NCBI GenBank assembly: GCA_964106645.2
Contig: OZ067051.1
DNA from: Podarcis pityusensis
Lineage: Eukaryota
DNA: 64,000 bases
Strand: one strand, 5' to 3'
The position numbers and the translations under genes are program-made. Below the pieces are notes generated by a model. It did no database searches. It worked only from the letters and a program-made list of their open reading frames with translations, and was not told the origin of the DNA. Every line of letters begins with the position of its first letter. Within the stretch, counting starts at the first letter, position 1. Shown one piece after another: positions 10,842 to 26,260 of the stretch.

Positions 10842-13800
10842 CTGTGCCCCAGTATTGAATGCTGACAAGTTTTCCTTTGCATTGCCACACGAAGAGGCTT
10901 GGCACCAAGAGGATGTCGCTTGTTCAGACCATTTCTGTAGTTCTGGATTTTGAACCCTGAAGGTGGTGCTGCAGCTGAAGCTGGCTGCTTGCAGACGCCT
11001 GCCTTCAGCAGCAAGAAGGGTTGTGTTGGCTCTGGTGCCCGGTTGTGCTGATCTAAATCCCATGGAAAGAAGATTTGACTTCACTCTATGCTTTCCTTCC
11101 GAAGAGATATAGCGATGCTTTGCTGATTGTAGGGAAACAATTTGGGTTTTAATAATTGTAGGCAGTTCAAGGTCAACATACTTGGTGCTATGAATAAATT
11201 ACAGCCCACATGTGGGCAGACATCCTTAAGCAGCTCCAGTTGACTGTGGCGGCTGCTGTACATTCCTTGGGGATCTATTGTAAGAATGCACTAGCCCAGA
11301 CTAAGGGAGGGGTGCATCTTCTTCCCCCTCCCGACCCTGCTTGCTTCAGTACCCAGAGGGTATTCTCTTCTTGGGAAGAAGGTCTTATTTTGCCCACATC
11401 TCTAGGGACAGCCTTCCTCTCCAGGTAACTTGCTCCTGCAAAGGTTAACCTTCAATTTTAGCTACACTTTAGGATTGTAGCCCCAGTTAAACAAAAATAA
11501 TATGGCAAATACCTTGCCTTGCTCACATGTGTGCACACACGAAAACACACACCAAAGTTGCGTTCTTTGTTTTTAGAAATGCCTGCAAGTATTGCTACCC
11601 CTGTGGACTCACAGCACTGAAGATAGACATGGGGGTTGAGTCTTCATGGGTGCTCCATCATGAAGGCTGGGAATGAGAATCTCTGTGCTCAAAAGCATCA
11701 GAGTTTGTGCAGCTGAAGGCAGGAATTATTGTGATTCTTTAACATGTTTACAGTCATTTCTACATTCTCTTATCTATGCAGTTCCTTCTGATGTTTGGCA
11801 AGTACTGTCAATAACACTTGTGGTTTCATTGAGAGAGGCTTGTGGTAAATGTGAAGAAACACAACTGGAGCTTTTTAGTGTACTGTGTTTAAATGAAACC
11901 ATTAGCATGTCTTTTGAAAATAGGTTTAAAGGAGTATATACAGATCTCTCTGCTTCATAGAGCACAGAGAGGAGCCCTTGCTTGTCTGAGGCTCTCTTAA
12001 CATGCTACCTATATTTTAACTTTCATTAAGCAACTCACAGAAGCTGTGTGTATACACACCCCTTCCTTTTCCATTCAGATGTGTGGAGTCCTTACAATCT
12101 TGAGCATCCCTTGTCTGCCTGCATTTTTGATCTGGTTTTTGGCAAACCTTTTCTGCCCAGTAGATCAGCAAGTGGGCCATTTGTCTTTTGCCATGGAGAC
12201 TGGTCTGCACAGAAAGTTGCAAGGCCCTCCTCAGCATTGAGTAATCTGTTTGTCTTTTTTAAGATGTTAGCATTGAAATGAATTTACTAAAATGTAATTC
12301 TTCTGAAGGGTGAAATGTTTCTACTTTTATACTTTTTTAGGCATCTGTGTTTGATTACTGTAAAGCGAACGCTAATGTGCTAAGAGATCACATTTCGTGT
12401 ACGTAGAAAGAAATGTTACTGCGAGTGTCTGTGTGTGCATGTGTGTGTGCACGCACACATATATGCAGATGCAAGGATGGCTCTTGAATCGGCTGAACAG
12501 GCCTTGTTCTCCTTCAGGCCCCACCGTTACTGTGACGCATTCTGCCAGGGCAGCCTGAGTGACTGACTTGAAAGGCCTCCATCTCCAAACAGCCTTTCCT
12601 TAAAGGTGGTCACATGCCTGTCCAGAAACTGCCTTTGAATGTTTTTGCTGTAAGTAGCAAAGGATTTGACTGACACAAATTTCAGGCTTGAGAGGGGGCA
12701 GCAGCAAAACATGGTGAGTGGAAGGAGGTGGAGCACAGAAGCAGCCACTCTGTCCATCAAGTGGCCAGTGAACGTGTTTGCTGCTTTGGGGTGGGATTTC
12801 CCACCTTGCTGCTACTGTCCCCTTATGTCCTTGGAGGAGGGGATTTTTGATGTTCCTCTTGTTCCCCCTCTGACTTTAAAGCCAGAAAGCGTCAGGAGAC
12901 ACTTTGGAAGGGGCTGAAGCCAGCATCTGTCAGTGTGATGATTTTGGCTGCAGGCAAGGTTTTCTCTCTGCATTGGTTTGGCTTCTTACTGAACGCAGAA
13001 AAAGTTTTAGCATGTTGAACAGTATGAAATTTAAGTTGCATCCTAGGATTTAATCTTGCAAGTGTGGAATCTCTTTGTATTCTTCATGATTGTGGAATGT
13101 GATCTGTGCTATAAAGCTTAGCATGTTGAGAACCTCAGCTTCCATTGTTGGCTTAAGAAAAAATACAGGTTTCTTGCCCTTGTGATGGGTAATGTAGGCA
13201 GTGAGAGGAGAGCTCAGAAAACAAGTGGGTGCCAGACTAGGCTTTCCTATCCTTTGTGGCTCTGCTTCTGTCTCCCAGAACTGCCACCTCAGGCCTTTTA
13301 TTCTCTCCTTTTCCCTTTGTTACTTGTCTGTAGGCTCCTGAAACTTGGAAGCCAGGTATCTTTTAAAAATTAGGGGAAGTATTTAAATTGGCACTGCAGA
13401 AGATCACTTTCTTTGGTACAAATTTTAGATTGTACCAAAAACCCTATACCATGAAGTGTAGAGGACAGCAGGTAAAGGGCTACCCAGTGCCTTCTGCTTC
13501 TTTGCTCACGTTCTTTAAGGGGAGAGAACAGGTGCTCCTTTCAGCCACTTGCCACTTTCCTCACTTCAGTGTGTTAGTGTCTCTATGCATTATGCAAATT
13601 ACATCCGCCCCTTGGAGAACTGGATAGATTTCAGCAGCTTAAAAAGGCAAACTTTCCCATTCCCACTGAAAAACTAAAGTGGACACAGACAACTTTTGTT
13701 GCACTGCTCAGCTGTAGTTTAGCCTCAGCTTTGCCTTCATTTTACTCAGTTTTTTAAAAGAAATGTCAATTATTTATTTAAAAGGGGGTGGGGAGAGCAA

Positions 13801-15949
13801 ATGTGAAGTTTCTCATGTAAACAAGGGGCTTGAAGGCCCCCCCCCCGAAGAGATCATTGATTCTCAAGGCGCAAGAGGCCCTGCAATGATGCCTGACAAC
13901 AAAAGAAATAGATGCTTCAGTTGCATCTGTGCTCATTTAGCCATGCAACTGTCTTGTCTGTCCCATCCCTTGCTGCCATAAGCTGTCATTCAGTCTGGAA
14001 AAAACATACCCCATCTCAGACACTTCCCCCTGCAAGAAAGTTAAGCTTAGAGGCACACATACAACCATGGCCTGACACCTGGATGCTGTCATTCCCTGAC
14101 TCTCACATATTTTAGTAAAAGGTGGGTAGAATGAGTAGAGAAAATTGTTTTTGTCGCAAGAGGAGAGATCGACCCGAGGCCTGCTGTGTCCTTGTAGAGG
14201 GTGGGAGAGAGAACACTCCTTTCTCACTGTCAGAGCTGCCACTTAACAAAGTTGAGTGTTGCCAAACATGCGCATGCTCTCCTACCCCAGGAGTGGCAGC
14301 TGTTGCCTCTGTTTCATTGCAAGGTTCTTTCTGCTAGTATGCTGGTCTCTGGAGCAAATGATCGGGCGCACTGATATAGGACTAGGGCCAAACTATGCTC
14401 ACACATAGGACATCCACACCATCAGGCATTCTGTGCAATTACTACTTGTATGTAGGGGTTCCCTTGCAGACAGCCAAAATCAGTCACCGTCAGAGGGTAG
14501 GACTGGTATGGCATCAGAAAGAGATGCATGGACTCCCTCTGGCTTAAAACCAATAGTTCCCTGCATGTGAGTTAACAGCTGAATTCAAGGAGAAATTTAG
14601 TTCCTTTGAAAGGCTGCAGTCCAAGTTCAGTCTTTGTCTACTTCTTGGACCTTCCTTCAAATTCCATTTTTAGTGCTGTTGCTGAACTGAGATATTTTTC
14701 ACAGCCTGGGCTACTTTACCTGCTTGCAAACAGAAAATGGATTTGAAACAAGCCTTGAAGTGATTCTTTGCTTATTCAGTGCTCCTTCACTATCTTGGCC
14801 ATCTCTGAATCCTGCTTTAGAGCTGCCGTCTAAGATGTTGGTAATGCACTTACTTAGGGAAACATGGGCGCCTCAAGCTTTGTGACAACTTGCTCCAAAA
14901 ACGAGGGCTGAAAGGGCTACCGGGCTGTAATTGTCATGCAGTAGGAATGTCAAGGGCTGGCCTTTCCACAGAACTTGAATGCAAGTTAATGAAAGTTTGC
15001 TTGCATCTCAGTGGGGCCCTAATCAAGAAGATGCATTTGCTTGTGAACATTCAATCATTTACAAAACTGAATTGTCATGTGTGGAAAAGTGTGTTTTCTG
15101 TCCTTCCATAGGGTAGAAAACAGGTCATTGCTTGGGGCCAAGTTTATCAAAGGCAGCGTTTTCACTGTGCTTACAAAGGACTAGATTTTCTGTGCACTTG
15201 GACAGGAAGCAAATCCGAATACTTGATGCATGCTTTACTTTTTAAAACATAACTACAAACCTAGAATTATTGCTGCTACTAGTCAGGGGGGCTGTGTAGT
15301 GAGCAGAGGCACTCCTGTGCTTTTGAATACAGCAGTATGAGTGGGCTTCCCAGGAAGGGTACTTGGTTGGCTTTTGGTCTGATCCAGGACAGTTCTTCCT
15401 ACGTTAAAACTTCCCAGGTAGACCAACCAACAGGAGAGGTGAGATCATCACGCTGCCTTCCTCTGTGCTCTGGAAAGGTTGACCGTTTAAAACATTGATG
15501 AGGAGAGGCTGGTTTGAAATTAGGCTCTTCCTGTGCCTCCCCCCACCCAACCCACCAGTTTGCTTTCTGCCAGGGTGGGGGAAGCAATTACATAAAATAA
15601 AATAAAAAATTTAAAAATGTGGTACAATCTTATCTTCCAGACAGTGGATTAGCAATAGTTCTTTTTTGCACCAGTTCTTTATCTTTGAAGAGTACTTTTT
15701 GCAGCAATTTGACACCTGGCATTGCACCCTTCCCCACCTCTGTACTTTTGGCCTGGCTGTGAGCAGAACAAAATGAAAGATTTCTTAGAGGAGTCCCTTT
15801 CGAGGCATCTCTAGTTCGTTTTCAGGTGGATGTGTCACTTCTGGAACAAATATATTACTGATATGTGTGGATGTTTTAAAGAAAAGTTTCGTTACACTCG
15901 CTCCTTGAAAAGTGCATGAAATAAACGTCTCCTTTCTAACAAAGCTGCC

Positions 15950-17324
15950 GTTGTGGGTCTTGGTTTCTCGGGCCGGCCTGGGCTGCGGTTGCAGGGCGGT
16001 GTCGGAGCGGTGTCCCAGCCTCTTCAGGGCGCAGCTGGAGTTCGGCTTCCAACCTCGCTGCTCCAGCCAACCCACCCGCCCTTCTTCGGCTCTGGTCGCG
16101 CAGGGAGGGTCGCATCTTGGCCTCGCAGCATTACTACTACTACTACATTTATTACATATTTTATTATTATCCTCCCCCATCTGGCAGGATTGCCCCGGTG
16201 CTCTCCACGTGTGGCCCGCTGTGGGGGCGGAGCTTCCCAGCCAAGCTCCAATGGGGAGGAAGGGGAGGGGCAGTCGAGCCCCATCCGGGTTCTTAGAGCG
16301 ACTCCCGTCATCATGGCAACCAGCCCCACCCCCAGAGGTGGGCTCACCGGTTGCCCAGCTCCGTGGATTGGCGGAGAATTTGCTCCGCCCCTGGGCGGAA
16401 CCTACTTCTCTACCCGCGCAGAGTCGGCCCGCTCTGAGCTTCCCGGCCTGGCTGTAGCGCTGAAGTGCGCGCGCACCGCGCAGGCGCCGTTTGGCGGACG
16501 GGTCGCGCCGAGGGACAGGCTGCGCCGACGCGCTCCGCTTCCTGCGAGGGAAAGTCCAGGCTTGAGACAAAAGGGGGGGAGGCGAGTAGGGAACATCCGG
16601 GTCATTCGCCGCCGCCGCCGTCGCCTGAATCCGGGACACGCGCGGGAGCTGCTGCTGCGGCCGCTACACGGTGAGGCCTTTGGCGGGAGGACGCCTAGGA
16701 AGAGGCCGCGGGCAGGAGCGGGAAGCGGAGGAGGCGGCAGCGGCGGACTGGGCCTAGAGGCAGCCCGGAGGCGGAGAGGGAAACGCGCGGCGGAGGCCTC
16801 TCAGCCCGCGGAGCGGCCGCCTTCTCGGCCTCCTCCCGGGGCTCCCGCTGGTCCCTCAAGGTCAGGCCTGGCTGCTCGCGCTCCGCCTCCGGAGCGAGGA
16901 GAAGGCCGGGCCGGGCCCATAGCCGTGTTCCGCCGAGGCGGGGCTGGTTGCTCCGGGGCCGGGCCGGGCCTTCCTGCGGCGGCGGCGATGCTCTTAAGGC
17001 TCGCACGGGACTCCTAGGCCGCGGTACTCCTCCGACCTCCTCCCCCCGCCCGCCCGCCCGGTTGTTGGACTTGGGGAGGGAGGAGGCGGCGGCCTGCGGG
17101 AAGCAGCAGCAGCGCCCGGGGAGGGGCGAGAGGCTCAGGGTCCTGGGATCCTCCTTTCTCTTCCCCCTCCCCCTCCGGCCTCGTCGGGAAAGCTGACAGT
17201 TTCCGGGGCTGCGGCGGCAATGTCGCCCCAAGACGGTTTTTTGCGGCCCATTCGGTAGCGGCGATGCGGAAAACTTCAGCTGCCCTGACTGGCATCTGTT
17301 TTGTCTTGCAGAAGGACCTTGAAT

Positions 17325-17350
<26 letters not shown>
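15950..17350. promoter_or_regulatory. CpG island / UBE2I promoter
   Basis: Very GC- and CpG-rich block with GC boxes (GGGGCGGAG about 16224, GGGCGGAAC about 16393), directly upstream of and covering the first UBE2I exons. Confidence 0.9.
16545..16670 (+). other. UBE2I: UBE2I non-coding first exon (5' boundary approximate)
   Basis: Donor ACG|GTGAGG after 16670. Its GAGACAAA...(GCC)n...GCTGCGGCCGC layout resembles the mammalian UBE2I 5'UTR as recalled. Confidence 0.6.
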
Positions 17351-22234
<4,884 letters not shown>

Positions 22235-22282
22235 GCTCCTGTCATCCAGCATCTTAAAGGAAGGGATTAATTGGCAAGAACT

Positions 22283-22503
22283 TGTTTACAAAACTTTTGC
22301 AAATCTATTGTCACTATGTACAATTAATAGTCACTTAGGGGAGGGGATTGTATGTGTGCCATTTTCCATATTCGCCACTTGTATACAGTTCTAAATTTGC
22401 TGAATTGCCCCCCGTTTTTTCATACAGGGTCTCTTCCTTCAGTCTTTTGTATTTTTGATTGTTATGTAAAACTTGCTTTTATTTTAATATTGATGTCAGT
22501 ATT
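22283..22503 (+). promoter_or_regulatory. UBE2I 3'UTR miRNA seed matches: miR-30 8mer TGTTTACA (22283-22290) and miR-200b/c/429 CAGTATT (22497-22503)
   Basis: Exact seed-match motifs within an AU-rich 3'UTR block. Regulation of UBC9 by miR-30 is established in mammals. Confidence 0.55.
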
Positions 22504-22795
22504 TCAACTGCTGTAAAACTATAAACTTTTATACTTCTATAAATTCACTAGTATCTCTAGTTTCTTTGCTTTCTGATGCAGGCATGCTTTAAACTGTTTA
22601 GAAGTATATTTTGCCTCTACTTGGCTGTAAGAAGAAAAAGAAAAACATGCCCTCCACCCCCTTTTTTGATTTCTACCAATAATAAATTAGGTTGTTGTTG
22701 CTTAAAAGCCTCCAGATCCAAAGTCAGCCAGCATCTTGATTCTGCATCACTTCCTTTGTGTTTATGGCGTTTTGTCTGTGTTGCTGTTTAGAGTA

Positions 22796-22801
22796 AATAA
22801 A
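22796..22801 (+). terminator. UBE2I poly(A) signal
   Basis: AATAAA followed by a T/GT-rich downstream element (about 22818-22840). A second AATAAA lies at 22681-22686. Confidence 0.75.
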
Positions 22802-23945
22802 CTTGTTTCTATAAAGCTTTTTTGTCTCACTTTCTTCTTTTAATATACTTGTCACTTTTGGAGTGACCTCTCTTGCAGGCATTCAATAGCTTTGGGAGAG
22901 ATATCATGCCATGGTCATTCCAGGCAGCAGGAGTTAAAAAAGATCTGTGTGAGAACTTGAAAAGCCACCGGTAGTTAGTTCCATGTGACCATACTGCTGT
23001 ATTCAAGCATCCAACATACAATAGTGCATCATTTGGCTGCTTGGCTTAATAGGATGAAAGGACAAACTAACCAAACTACATTAGTGTTTATTCCACTCCC
23101 ATGAATATACATGTTGGGGGCAGGGATATGCTTTTCAACATTGCCATATAAGGATTTCCTTCCTTCACATCAAAGCATCCTTTTAGCTGGACAATAAGAG
23201 ACTGAAGGGTTGAAAATGCATGTGTCAGACCCAGTAGCTTCATTATCCTGGTGATATTCTCATTAGCTACTGTCCCACACCCCACTGGTGACCTAAGGAA
23301 ACTTAGAGTGCAGTTTCATCTTTCCTCTTGCCTGAAAAGTGAGGAATTTTTTTTTTGTATCAAGGCACAAGTGACACAGGTTAAATACTGCAATGGGCTT
23401 GGGGTGCTTTTGTAACACTACAATTTCAGCCACCTTTGTTTTGCTACCATCTGATCCCCAAGAGGCAGCTCACTGGAGGAGGATGGAGGGGTGTGTGTGG
23501 AGTCTGGCCTTGCTCCAGCAAGGTAGTCCCTTGTGTTCTTCACCTTCAGCAGTATAAGAAGGGTCAGGGTGCTTGCCCATCTCAGCTGGAGCTTCTCATT
23601 CAGCATCTGCATTCCCAGCCACCAGGCCACAGCCTCTCTTGGGTATCAGGAGAGGTACTGAATTGAGAGGTGGAGGCGTTACTTTCAGGGAACCTCTCCC
23701 AGTTTATTTCCTTCCAACATCACAACATAGTCTACTAGTAGAAACTAGCTGAAATGGTGATTTAAAAGCATGCCACAGTTGCAGCATATGGCCACTACAA
23801 CAGAAGAGAGACTGTGAGGCCCCATTTGCTAGCAGTAAGTGGGGACTGCTATCGACAGAAGAAGGTTCTCAACCAACTCTGTATATCTTCTTAACCCACT
23901 GGGCTCACCAGAGCAGAGCGCAGTCAAGCCCAATCCTAGACAGGC

Positions 23946-23951
23946 TTTATT
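23946..23951 (-). terminator. Probable TSR3 poly(A) signal
   Basis: TTTATT on + (AATAAA on -) about 55 nt past the TSR3 stop. Alternatives at 23703 and 23087. Confidence 0.5.
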
Positions 23952-24005
23952 TAAAAGCAAACCCCATCACTGAGTTCAATGGGACTTACTTCCTTGTATC
24001 AATGC

Positions 24006-26217
24006 TCAGGATTGGAACCTTGGTTTGTTTTTAGTTTTCTTCCACACAGCTGGCTTGCTGTGTGCAGCACATGTTGCATTCAGGTCCTCTGAGCTGCTAC
24101 TCTTTCCAGCATCATCCTCATCATCATCCTCATCAGATGTTTCTTCATCGGAACTTTCATCACCAGCAGTTATTCTATGAACAGAGATCAGCGTAATACA
24201 AACCAAGAAGGAAAAGGGAAATGAGACACTACTGCTATGTCAACTCAGAAGTAAAAGGTAAAGGTACTCCTGCCCGTGTCCGACTCTAGGGTTGTGCGCT
24301 CATCTCACTTAAGAGGCCGGGAGCCAGCGCTGTCCGCAGACACTTCCGGGTCATGTGGCCAGCGTGATGAAGCTGCTCTGGCGAGCCAGCACCAGCGCAG
24401 CACACAGAAACACCATTTACCTTCCCGCTATAAAGCGGTACCTATTTATCTACTTGCACTTAGGGGTGCTTTCGAACTGCTAGGTGGGCAGGAGCTGGGA
24501 CCGAAAGACGGGAGCTCACCCCGCCGCGGGGATTCGAACCGCCGACCATACGATTGGCAAGTCCTAGGCACTGAGGTTTTACCCACAGCGCCACCCGCGT
24601 CCCGCCAACTCAGAACTCGTTCCCTGGTGGGTTTAGGACTGCAAACCTGAAGCTCTTACCCTGAAGCTCTGGCAGGCCTGTTGGGATTAAAAAACTCTTT
24701 TCCAGAGTCAATATCAAAGGGGTCTGCGGAGAGAAAAAAGCAGGATGGTAAGCTATTGTTCCAAGTTTTTTCTTCTTCTCTAGAACCATATGTATGCAGT
24801 TACATCCCATCTTTCAGAATGCAAATCATTCCAAGATGACTTAAAAGTAAAATCAATATACAATAATTTACGAGTACAATGCCAATAATAATTGTCACAG
24901 GCAGTTGATGGCAGATAACTTGGGAGTGTGGGGTTGGTTTGTTAGTCCAGCTGGTGTAGTCATTGAGGGCAGGGGAGATGGGCAGAGACTTTAGTCTATA
25001 TTGACAATGAAGACCAGTATCACTGGCTGACAATGAGCTACTAGGCCTAACTCAAGGTGTTAGTGTTGCCATAACAAAGCTCTAAATGTTGAGTTGAGGT
25101 GATTTAATACTTGTATTTCACTTTTCCAACAAATATTGAACCATTGTTGTCTGATTACGTTGAGGGGGTTTGTGGGATTTTGGAGCAGTATTTTGTATAT
25201 TGTAGATACCAGCCCTTTGTTGTTAGGAGGAGGTTTTGAAGGTTGTCAAGGGCCTAGTTGCTGCTCATTTTACTACCAGATTGTTTAAAAGGGCACGTAC
25301 TTGGTGGTGTGTTAGCCCAGGGCATTTCGGTGTCCCCTAGTTTGTCTTGTATTTCTTGCATTGATATGGGTTATTTTTGTAGAAGTCTGCTAAGCGGTAT
25401 AAGCCTTTGGCTTGCCAGGTTTTTATCTAGAGGTTTTGTGGTGCGTGGTGGAATAGTGGGGTGGTGTGCCAGGGGGATTAGTGGGGATGGGGTTGAGGAC
25501 AGTTTACGTGCTTCTTCCTTCCATGCTTTAAGCATGGTCTGTGTGAACCTGTTTAGTGTTGTGGGGATTTTCCTTATTTTTTTGAGGAGGAATGGGTATG
25601 CTGTGGTGGAGGTATTTTCAAATATGTCTCTCTCCAGGTGTACTCATTGTTTTGTCTTGTCTTCTAGAATGTATGGGAGTATGTGGGACACTTGGTTGAT
25701 GATGTAGTATAGTTCTATGCTGGGGATTCCCCACGCTCCTAGGGGGCACCCAAGTTATGTGGCTGACTGATCCCATATGTTCATCCCAGAAGAATGGAGC
25801 AGCTTTCTGACTAAGCACCACTTGATTTCCTGACCATGGAGGTGCGGGGGAGACAAGGGCAGTGTCAAGGCATTGTTTAAGAAGACTCAAAGGTTCTCAG
25901 AAGTAAAAGTCAGTAGGTTCTTACCTATTTCTTCTTTTTCTTTTTCTTGGGCATGAGCCAGAAACTCTTGTTCAACTTTCAGTACTTCCTCTTCACAATT
26001 ACAGGCAGCATATTTCTCCAGGAGGTCTTTATTCAAATCAAGGAACACTTTTCCCCATTTAAATTTTTGTAAGAGGATTGTGGCAAGATCAGAGAATCCT
26101 AAAATAAAGACAAGAAAGTCTGCATTTTTAAAAAAATTACAAGGTACTTTGCAGGCGAAGAAGCTGTCCAGCCCCATACCTCCTAGTTGCTCGTGACATT
26201 CTGAAATAAATAAGTTT

Positions 26218-26260
<43 letters not shown>

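Noticed and set aside
25258-25707. 149-aa hydrophobic + strand ORF
   Set aside because: Antisense shadow of the decayed L1 fragment.
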